A DNA stretch of 64,000 bases from Bugula neritina. Lineage: Eukaryota > Animalia > Bryozoa. Location: contig OZ037769.1 in the NCBI GenBank assembly GCA_964035545.1, positions 7,297,929 through 7,361,928 on the forward strand, in the 5' to 3' direction. Positions 40,353-52,400 of the stretch are shown here, piece after piece. Within the stretch, counting starts at the first letter, position 1. The number at the start of each line of letters is the position of its first letter. The notes below the pieces were generated by a model. It was not told the DNA's origin. It saw only the letters and a list, made by a program, of their open reading frames with translations, and did not search any database. The translations under genes and the position numbers were made by a program.

Positions 40353-42766
40353 GCTCTCTCTTCTTCAAACCAATGCAGACATGGGACCTTGCACCTCAGG
40401 CTGAGTCCGTGTATCTGTTACTGACTACGCAATGCAGATAATTATATACAATTAAACTCTCATGTAGCCACTTCAGCTCCACTGCCTAATTGAAACAGTT
40501 GTTTATGAGTTCTATGTGAGTTTCAAATGTATTATTCCTGCGGTCGTAGGGTTTCCCTTTGATCTACGCTTCATTGAATGGCATTTAGAGCTCGCTTTGA
40601 TTGGTCTACGAAAGAGTGTGATCAAAGCGCAACGTTATCGTCAGTTTCCGAGGACTATTAATAACACATCATATACACGCATCTATAAAACAAGGCTCCT
40701 TTCTACTTGCAAGTGCAAAACCATAACTAGCTTACAAAATTATACCTATTGTAAGGAGAGAATCTAAATCGTACTTCCAGCTTAAGACTGGAAATTGTAG
40801 AGAACCGTTGATGGGTGCAAAGCAAAACTAGTCCTTGATGATAGATAAATTGACTTTTCACTTGTCATTTTAAAATAGATAGTGTCTTGATAGCATCAGT
40901 AGTTGAATATGTAGATGCTAAAAAGTTGTATCCTGAAACCGTTTCATCTGTGATTACTCAAGCAGCATAGAATTTAATTATCTTGTGAATTTTTTCAGAT
41001 GTTGGTTGTATTTCCTTTTACTTAATTAGTTTCAACTTTTCATCATGTCATTTTAAACAGAGACATGTATTATTGAAATACAATAATAAACATCGAGTAT
41101 TCAACCCTGGAACATACTGTTCATACTGTTCATCCTGCTAGGATTATATATGTTTGTTGATATTTGCTCAATAATTATTTTATATTACATGCAATTTCAT
41201 TTTAAATATGCCAATTATTGTAGTAATGATAATATTAAAAGTCGTTGTAAAATTTTGCATGGCTCTGTTGTTATTAGCATAGTTATAGTTATATATAGAT
41301 TAAATTGCAAGTCTTTACTAGAGCAGTTTAATCATGTTGCATGCAAGTTGAACCATAATATTGTAACAAGTAGAGCTATTTCTGGTCTTAGCCTAACATC
41401 ACAATGTTAAATACTGGTATTTAGATGTTTTAGTAGCCTTTTGAGTCAGTTGAGTTGCAAAATTTTGGAACATCTTTACTACAATTATAAATAAAATTAA
41501 TGCAGATAATATAAGAGTTGCCTCCTCTCAATGTATTGAACAACAACACAATTTACAAAGTAGATAACTTTCCAGCTTCATAGCTCACATTAAAAGGGTA
41601 AATAATTAATTAATCATGCTGACTAAGATGAGTGGAACCACTGAAATAGATGTAGTTGTGAGTGGAACAAATTACTACTAGAATAAATGATTTGAATATT
41701 AGAGTTGTTTACTTTTATAATACCATTATTGACAATTATTTTTGAGAACATAACTCCTAATTATCAACATAAGTAAATTATTTGAATATTGGAAATCGTT
41801 CATATTCAAGACCTGGAAGTAAAGTACCTTAGAGTAAGGGCCCATGCACGAAATATGTTCAGCTCAAATACTCAAAATTAACAAAGAAATAAAATAAATA
41901 CATAATGTCATTATACACAAAAATGGCTATCCCAAACAAGTGCCAGATAAAACTATTATCAATATATAAGCAATGGATTTCTTAGCGGAAAAGAAAATAA
42001 AAATATCTTTATATAACTACAGCTGCCAAATAAATAGAGGTAAAAACTGGTTTTTTAATACTTAAATGTATATAACTGCATGCAGATACACTTCCTTTTG
42101 ATTTATAACATGCACACATAATATTAAAAAAAATCTTTCAAGATTCCACTTTAATATTGAAAAAAATAAAATCAACATAATGTCATGTAGAAAATAGTTT
42201 GATTTGAAGCATGATGCAAACAACCACACATGGGTTAAACAGTACATCACCTATCCTATAGGAATGGCAAATATTTCAGAGACAAACTTCTGAAATATAC
42301 CATTACATTTCAACAATTAACCATGGAGCTTCATTGGATACTGCTTGACAACGTAACAGTTTTAGACCAGTTTTTTAAATTGGGAACACACACACACGCA
42401 CACACACACACACACACACACGCACACACACACACACGCACACATACACACGCATACATACACACGCATACATACACACGCATACATACACATGCATAAA
42501 TACACATGCATATGCATATATATGATGCCCATCACCATTAATACATCATGCCTGTAGTTTAACATAATGTCTCAACTTTCATTTCTCACTTAAACCCGAA
42601 ATATTATAAGTTTGCTTTGTAATAAAGTAGTAATAATTTATACGTGCTTCTCGTTTATTTATTTTTAATGAAATCTGAACGCATTGAAACGCGTTGTGCC
42701 CTTATAGAGTTATCTTCTTGTCGAAGGCTCCCTGCTACAGTTCAGCATGCGCACATCATAGGTAAT

Positions 42767-42787
42767 GGGATTTCCCTGTATGACGCA
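42767..42787 (+). promoter_or_regulatory. NF-kB consensus site GGGATTTCCC with adjacent TGACG (CRE half-site) in a CpG-containing patch between TNFR and TBK1
   Basis: Exact GGGRNNYYCC match at 42767-42776; TGACGCA at 42781. Function is inferred. Confidence 0.45.
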
Positions 42788-42929
42788 TTAAATTATTTTT
42801 ATTTACCCCGAGTCTAAATCATTGATATTAAAAGCTCTTTGAGACTAATACTTATACTGGTAGTCATTTAACAATAATTGCATTATCTTATCAGAGTTAT
42901 ATAAGTAATTATGTGATTGTGTAGTTCAC

Positions 42930-44050
42930 TTGCACTTGCCATAAATAGTAATACGAATACAGAATAGCCATACTTAATCTTACTCTTACTCTTACTCTTA
43001 GTCTTACTCTTAGTAGTCTTAGTCTTAGAGTTAGTCTTTACAATAAGTGAATAACTATAACTATAAGAATAACAATTACTGTCTTCAGAGTTTTCTGTTT
43101 ACAATTACTGTGAGACATTTGATACTCATACTCATAGTCATACTCATACTCATAGTCATACTGATAGTCGTACTAATAGTAATAGTAATACTGAGTCTGA
43201 TACTCAATTTTATACTGATACTCATAGTCATACTCATACTCATAGTCATGCAGTCATACGATAAGGCGTAAGTATTACTCTTACTATTAGTATTAGTATT
43301 ATTATTATTATTAGTAATAGTATTGAATTTGATAGTATTAGTCATAGTCAAAATGAAACTGAATCAGAATGTGATATTCGTACTGAATCTGATAGGGTAG
43401 TGATAAGGATACTGATACAGTGATACTGATAGTGATCTATAACAGTTATACTGTAAGTATAAGTCATAATGATAGTGAATGTCAATACTCAATATAATAC
43501 TGATAGTCTGTTAGTTTTACTTTTAGTGCTACTAACTCTAAGTTTAAATAGTAATACTAATAGTAATATTAATAGTATTAGTGATAGTAATAATTCAGTT
43601 ATACTAAATCTGATACTTATCAGTGAATTTTTACGACTAATCTTATACTTATACCTATAGTTAATAGTTATACTTATAGGTTAGATCATACTTATACTTA
43701 TAGTTAATGTTATAAGACTAAGTTAATTACTAATACTTATGATAAGTTATAGTTATGCCAACACTAATAGACACTTGTAGTACTAATAGTAATAATAATA
43801 TAGATACTGATAGTGATAGTAATAGTTTATAACTATTGCAGATTTAGATTCCTAATAGTAATACTATTAGTATTAGACATTAGTATTAATAATGAGTATA
43901 AGTATTAATATTGCTATTAGACTTACTTCGAGGAAAACTTACTAGTACTAGTATTGGATTTAGTTATACTTATTTAGGAACATTATTGTTACTATTGGTA
44001 TAAGCATTAGTAATACAGATAGTTCCATCCTCTAACATACAAGTTGATAG
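42930..44050. repeat. Degenerate 6-nt periodic AT-rich low-complexity tract
   Basis: ATACTC/ATAGTC/TTATAC-type hexamers; source of the hydrophobic spurious ORFs. Confidence 0.85.
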
Positions 44051-45439
44051 TTGAAGTTGATAATAATATAAACAGTGATCATTGTGATTATAATAAATTT
44101 TTCATAATCAATCATCATAATGATTATGATGATCATAAAGTTGAAGAATTGTAATCATAAATTGAAGCTAAAATAATAATTAACACTATTAACATGGCTA
44201 TAATAATGAATATTTCTGATAGAAAATATCTATAATATATCATTATAATTATAGGATTTTGATTTTTTTCCTATTTCGATGAGTTAGTGTTAAACTAAAT
44301 GTACAAACTATAAATACAGTAATGGATAAGTCAATAAGTGAAGAGGGCATATTAGAAGTGGCATTACTAATTTTTAAAAGTAATGTGGAGCCATGAAGTA
44401 ACTATAGGCTAAGAAGATTATTTTTATGTCATGCCAACAATCTATTTACACTCTAGAACTCTAGAGGTTTAGCTTTCAACACTAGACATTTTGTTTATCA
44501 AGTTTTTATATTCTCTAACTATCTGCCGTTCTGAGTATTTGAAGTTGGGGCTAAAGTTAGACTTGTATAATACAGTGTACTTCTTGATAGAAGCTTTAGT
44601 ATACAAGTGTGTATTCTTGGTCAATATACTTGAACTGCTAACTAAAATGGTTAAAACTTGCAACATTCTAATTTAGTAATAGCTTAAATGTGACTTTTGC
44701 ACTAGATTTTCTTACAAGGTTTAGCTTTTTTATTTTTCCTTCTGGGAAAATATATATACTGTTTATTGTAAAAAGAAATCTGCAAAATTAATTGAAAACA
44801 AGTTTATAGACAAAGAAAGCACAATGATTACAAGTTATATATTTACTTGTATTTCGAGGACACTACTTGTTAGTTTATTAAATTGAACAAATTAAAAGTA
44901 TGCCTTTTTAAACAATATAATACTAAATGTATTTATTTTCAAAATATTGCTCATAGCATTCAATAGTAAGAATATCGTAACAGAAACAGTCATGTTTTGA
45001 AATATTATGTTTTTCGTTTGTAAGATGGATTGCATTATGTGTTGAGATTGTATATAAAATAATCGCCAACTACTAAAGTATAAAAATAGCCATAGCTACA
45101 GACAGTATGCAGCTGAAACATTGCAAAGCCTACATTAGTTAGGTTTTGTTGCACTGAAAGGAGTCTAATGTTTTCATTGGCTAAAAGTTTGTAGCTGTTT
45201 GATTGGCTAAATGACAAGTCTAGTGTTTAAATAGTTGCAGATAACTATTCTAGGGTGCAGCATTTCAAAAGCCTGAAGGCTGCTTGCATTAGTGCTCGAT
45301 TCTTAAATTGTGTGTACAGGGTGCATGCTGTTTATCAGAGATGTATAGGTAAATCATAATGTCTTATAAGATTTGACATTTTGTTAATTTAAAACTAAAT
45401 ATTGTCATTCAGACCAAGTTTGGTGTGTCTTGTAGTTTT

Positions 45440-46333
45440 ATGAGCAATACATTCATGGCAACTAAGCTGAAAGGTTCCAACAATTATATATGGTGGGAAA
45501 AAGATGAGCTCGGTAAAGGTGCTACAGCCACCGTATACAAATGTAGAGAAAAGGTAGGATTATTCTCATCTCTTTATCGTGTGGCTTTAATAATAGCAAG
45601 AATTTACAAACACAAACAATAGTTTTATTCATTGTTATTTTTCTACCAGTGTAGTATAATATATTCATTTTTATTTTATATCAATATAATATAGTAATAA
45701 AAATAATGTTAATGAATAATGTTAATAATAATATAATATAAGTCTATAAGCGAAGTTTTTGCTTTACTATCTGGGGGGAGGGTAGGATACATGCAACAAT
45801 AGGGTACATGCAATGCAGGACAGAGGTAGTTAGAAATGTTAACCACTGATAATGGGGCTTGTAGAAAACCGGGGATGTCTATGCGGTAAAGGTGTTTAGT
45901 AATAGACACAGAGACAGACCAAACTACCATGAGTCAGCTCAGCAGGAGAGAGAATTTTCATTGCTGCAGAAACTTAAACATGACAACATCGTAAAGATGC
46001 TGTCAATTGAGGAAGAGGTCTGTATTTAATAAGTGATCAGCTAAATTAAACTTACTGGTTTTATTTAATGTGCTTCTAATTTGTGAAAACTTTTATTTCA
46101 TTTTTCCAAACGAATGGCAATTTTAATCCCAGTTTATTCATCTGCAAAATAGAAAATAAATTGTATATATAATTTACATAATATTCTAATGCTCTATATA
46201 AGGTGTTGTAACATATATAATTATATACAGTATCCATGTCTAAGTATTTTTTAATATTTTCAATAACTAGGATTAATATTTTCATCAGGCTTTCTTGGAT
46301 GTAGTTGGTTGTTGATGCATCAAAACACTACTC

Positions 46334-46422
<89 letters not shown>

Positions 46423-49400
46423 AATAGTTGAAAAAAGGTCCGTCACATAATTATCTTATTTGGGTGAATAAATTCACTTGAAGTCGACTCAAAACTGCCA
46501 CATAACGTGCCTCCTGAAAGCACTGGTCCATCTCTGTGTTTTCACGTAGTTTACTTCCTGTTTAGTCGCAGACGGCTGAAAGGCCCGCCTCCAGAGTCAT
46601 TGTCATGGAGTACTGCAATGGTGGAAGTCTTTACTCTATTCTCGAGCAGCCTGCTAATGCCTATGGCTTAGAGGAACCCGAATTTCTTCTTTTTCTCAAG
46701 CACATAGGTGAGTTATGAAAGACTTGTCGTAGGATCAGCAACATTGAGTAATCTCCCATAAAAATATGTTTCCCAAAACAGTTATCCTGAAAGTAGGTGG
46801 GGGAATTCTCTTTAATGGTTCGCACACCACTTTGACTAGCCATTCAGGAAGTCTTGCTACTGAGCTATGAATCATCAGGGATTTCCCCAGTCCCCTTTAG
46901 TTAGCTGTTAGTACATTCTGCGTACATCGTATGACATTATGATTTGACTTGATCTATACCTTAATTATATACGCAGCAATCAAATGGTTGAGTGATTACT
47001 TCTTTTACTCAAACATTCTTCTCTTTATATTCTACCAATTACATATTTTTTATATTGCAACATTTGTTTTGGTATTCTGAATTTGCATATAATCTGAAAA
47101 TAGTTAATAGTTAAAAATTATTCTTTCCCCTTGTGTATGGCTTATGTTGTGCAAGCAGGAAAGGGCACCTCATGTGGCATTCTAGCAAACTAGTTAATAC
47201 TGGGGAAAGTCTACTAGTTGCAGCTTTATATTGTGATTGCAGCTCAAGGCATGCAATATCTAAGGGAACAGAAAGTTGTACATAGAGATATTAAACCTGG
47301 AAACATCATGAAACTAACTACTTCAGAAGGAAGGTATGTTTCCTAACAGCATTTTACCTCACATTTGAAATTTGCTTTTATCCTTACACTTTATGTGTAA
47401 CTCTTCTTGTTTGATCCTGTTTTTTCTGAGATTACGAATATTATTCCCAGATATCATTTTAACTTATCTTACAAATTGGATTAAGTTCCATTTGTAAGTT
47501 TTGAGTTAATTTTGCTGGTGACCGTTAGTCGAATGTTTCAAGTACAGTTACTGATGTCTTTATCAAACATCACATCTACCAACTTCCCATCTGTGTGTAG
47601 GTCTGTGTACAAGCTGACGGATTTTGGAGCAGCCAGAAAGTTAGAAGCTGATGACGAGTGTTTCACCTCTCTTTATGGAACTGAAGAATATCTGGTAGGT
47701 TGTCTTTTAATGTTAAACAGCTGCTGGAACTAGTTATATCACAAGGTAAGTGCAGTAACGGAGAAATTGAGAAAAGCCTGTATTCTAAATTAAAAATGTA
47801 GGAAAATAAGTTATGTTCTCACGAGAATTTCAACCCGCGCCCCAAACCAAAATTTAATAATAGAATTAAAGAATTTAGACCATCATACTTTCTCTGCTAC
47901 TGCTCCTAAATGGGTATCACTTGCTAGAACCAGTGACACCAGTAGGCAGGTGGAAGTAGCCCTCTTATAGTACAGAGTGACTTTCCTCTACAGGTTCTTG
48001 CTCTCTGTCACCATGACCTTTGATTACTGAATCGGCAGTATAATACAGGTGTTGTATTACAGCATCCCGACCTGTACGACAGAGCTGTCCTTAGAACCAG
48101 CTCTGCTTTTGGTGCCAAGACCTCCTTTACCTCCTCGGTGGACCTGTGGAGTGTTGGAGTCACCATCTACCATGTGGCTACTGGATCTTTACCATTCCGG
48201 CCTTATGGTGGTCGTAGAAACAGAGCAGATATGTATGTTTACCCATTATCTCATGGTTTACAGTTCTCTTTGTTCCTATTCCTGTCTCTTAACAGTTCCT
48301 AGTATGTTAACGTTTACCTTTTTTTGTTATGTATAAACTCAGTCTTTTTGAATTCTACTGAATTACCATCAGTATTGCAAAGTCATCAATTTGTCATGTT
48401 TTATAAGGTTTGCCATCCAAATTTGCATATATAAATAGCAGATATCTCAGTCAGTTTTGGCAGCTTATACACATAGGCTTTAAAGGGTGACTCACGGTGT
48501 ATAGGTTTCAATGAACACTTTGCAGGCAACAGATTCTTACCAACAAGAAAAGGGGAGTTATCTCGGGCATACAGGAAAAGGAGGGCGGGAGAATAGTCTA
48601 CGACAACAAACTACCTTCAACATGCAAGCTCTCCCAGTATGTTAGCTGTTGATGGTACCTTGTGGGTGTACTAAATGCTAAATGCTGTTGGTGTGTTGGG
48701 GATAGTTGTAAAGTTCATGCTCAGAACATACCAGTTTCAAACTGCTGTTAGTTTAAATCAGCTTTTACTATTGTTTATTACCATCTGTAAGGCATCTTGA
48801 GATTTTGTAAAGTAAAGCAAATAAATGTTGAACTATGAGGTAAAAGATAGTATGTATGTATTTAGTGGAGGATCTTAACATAAACTATATATTATAATAG
48901 ACAATATATAATATCTATAACAATACAATATATATAATACATATTATATTAATACATAATAATATATTAACATATAAGCTTTATAATAGGCAATATATAA
49001 TGTCTATAATGAGAGAATATAATGATAAGAATATATAATACATATTATATTAATATATAATATGTATAATATAAAAAATATATAATAATATATAACATAT
49101 ATATTTGCACTGTAGAGGGCTGCAGAATCAAATTGTACCGTTAATAGCTGGTCTTGTGGAAACAGATATCAACTATTGCTCTGATTTCAACAAGTTTTTC
49201 AACGAAGTGTCGACCATTGTGAACAAGATTATCATTACGGTGTTTGATTCGTGTCATTGTCAGCTAATTAAAGTCTATTGTGATCCTCAGAAAGAGTGAG
49301 TAGCCTATCTCACAACATTGTAACTTAGGCTATTATTAGAGCACAGGCTAACCTTAAATTATGCATATAATGCTTTTTGGTTTTTAGAGATTTATTATGC

Positions 49401-52400
49401 GCTCCATTTACTGATTTATCCTTTTTTTGCTGCGAGACAGAATTATAGCTGATATAATTTTCTATAACATAGGCTAGCAGCTGGCTTGGTGTTTGATGTT
49501 GGTAGAAATTTAGTTTGATATCCTCCAAGTGAGTGTGCTGGGTTGATGTTGCAGCAATCTTAGAAGAATGAAAGAACTGATTGAGGAGCAGTGTGGGTAC
49601 CGACCCTCAGAGCAGCTACTTTTGTACGAGAACACAAAGCTAGACGAAGAGACGTCTGACCACAGCTTTTCAGCAGACAAGTTGCCTGTTACCACCGACA
49701 CCAACCCAGTTCTCCTCTACCACTGTTCTGATCCGCTAAGTAACACTGATGAGCATCCCATTAAACACAACATACGTGAGTTATTTTCCTGTAATTACCT
49801 CTACAGGCATACACACCCTTTCATTTGCTACTGCATGATATTATTTCGATGGTAAATTTTTGCTCAAATTTGGCAATAGATAGTGTGCTGCAGAATTGTT
49901 GCATGCAGTTTTTATACTGCATTTCAGGTGAACAGTTGCTAAATAAACACTTGCAGCATAGTACATGGGATTTTCCAGCTCTCCGGGAAAACTATGACTC
50001 AGTTTCTTTGAATATTAAGCTAATGAATGTAAATATGTAATAGTTAAGCTAAATAAATCTGTAATACAAATTTCCTGTGCAATGCCCTCTATACTAGTTC
50101 TTATCACTACTAGTGATAAGAAAACATTTTAAATTGGAAGTTTTATTGGGGGGTTGACAGTATAATTGGCTAGTAACGTTTTGGAAGAAAATTATAAGAA
50201 GAGGAAATATAAAGTTTTTTTTAAAAAAGATCACTTTTTTCTTGTTAAAAGAAAATCTGGTATAAAGAGTAACTGGTAAACATTATATTATTGATAAGTA
50301 TTTACATGCAATGTTTCAGTTTAGTTATCAATCATTGTACCATGAATTATATTACAAAGATTCTTCTCCTAATGGACATGGAGTTTAGCATTATTCGTAT
50401 GTTAGCGTTCTTTAACTTTCAAACAAGCTCATGCCTAACTCACTTTAGCATAACAATAAATTGTTATTTCTCTCTATTTTCCTTTCCCAATTTAAAGTGG
50501 AGCTAATAGCATTCTTTAAGTTTCCGGGACTTGCAAATAGCCCCGATTCAGATAACTGAGTATGTTATTTCTAATACTATTCCACGTTTAGCTGTACATG
50601 CAGGCTGTACATGACTACATATTTTAGCTATAGTAATGTTACTGCATTATAACGCTGCCTCATATGGACACGGAACATAGCTAGCTAGGGGGAGCGTACT
50701 TCCCCCCCAATCCCATAATTCAATGCATAGCCTTAAAACTTGTACTCATTCATATGAATTAATTGACAATCTAAATAACTACAGATGCTGATTTTTACTA
50801 CAAATATCCAAAATCTTCTGTTAGAATAAGTTTTGGTCAAGTCTGGCAGTGGGTTGTGTTTACACTGTGAACTTTTAGTTAGCACACCACTTGCAGTTCT
50901 GGTCTTATAATGCTTGGTAAATACAAGTAAATAAACGCTTGCAGTCCATTAACTTGTCTGAATCTTTCCATGTTTTTCACTATATTCAAAAAAGTGCAAA
51001 AATACTAACTAGCCTGAGGTGATGCAGCTTGTGATGACAGTTTTTAAATACTTTTTATCAATAATTTTTAGCAAAATTTTCACGATTTGGCTCGTACTAT
51101 GACCTGGAAAGAGATTATCAGCTGGCCAAGACATGCACTGGGATTATGAAGTATATATGTGTGAAAGTAAAACTGACCCTCAGCCTACAAGCCCTGTTGG
51201 ACAAAGCAGTGAAGGCATATGAGTAAGTGTTTACTTCTTTATATGTCATCTACCAGATGGATTACTTATTCATGTAAATTCTGATTGTAATTCTAATGGA
51301 TGCAACAAACCATTTGAGTAAAGCTCTCGAAATTGCTAAAGTATCACTAAATATAGTTGAGAATTATGTTGCCTTGAAGATGTGCGAGTATGGGGGGGGG
51401 GGCTGTTAGTATGTGGAGTGCCCCCAATCTCTACTTTATTGAGTTAAGAAATTGGGTCTGGTAGTTATTAATGGAATAACTTCCTGTGGGGGAATATTCT
51501 ACTTCCTCTGACCTTATTTGACCTTCTTTATTAGAAAGGCTGAGCAAAGTATTTTAGGAGGAAAAAATACCAAGTTGTGTAACAACCACAGTGGCATAAG
51601 TTTGTACTTGCAATCCTTAGCTATAATATACAAATGATTTTATACTTTTGCTTGTCAGAATGATGAGAAATGTTACACCTATTAGTTTGTTAGACTTTAG
51701 AGAGTAAGAATAATCATTATCACAGCGTTGTGTTGAAAGATGCCACCTGATGAATAATAGTGATGTGTCCAGTAATATGTGTCTAAACATTGGCTTTAAC
51801 TGCCATGTTATGCTAACTAACTACTGTGCCGTAGAAAAATCTCTATTATTATGGTTTGCATTATATATTACATTAAGGGGAAGTTCCTTTCCCCCACAAT
51901 CTACTTGTGTGTTATCAGATGCAGGTACCTCTATAAGTGTATGATATAATAGCTGCATACTGCACACACTATTGTACTGTACAACCACTGTGTAGCGCAT
52001 GATAGTATCGACAGATAAGTAAATATACTTAATCCAACAGCATTGTGGTACATTAATCTATGTATTGTCTACTACTATGGAGACTACAGTTTATATCATT
52101 ATAAGCCTGTTTCAAAATAAATTTAACCCACCAGTCAAGTTTCTGTAACTGTCAAAATGAATGTAGGACTAAATAAACACCCTCCGTGGTCTATAATGAA
52201 GTAGCTTAAAGCATGTCTAAGCTTTAATGGGTGCTCCACATTTACCTAGTGTGTGTTCATAATGTTTAGTTTAGAGTTGGGGGTTCATAAGTAGTGGCTA
52301 CAAAGTTTTCTAGAACTGCGCCTATAACAAAGCAATGCTGGTAGTCTAACTAGTCTAACTTACATTGTGGTTGTGTTTTATTCAAAACAAGAAACAACCC

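Noticed and set aside
43047-43660. Hydrophobic TM-like ORFs
   Set aside because: Products of the hexamer low-complexity tract.
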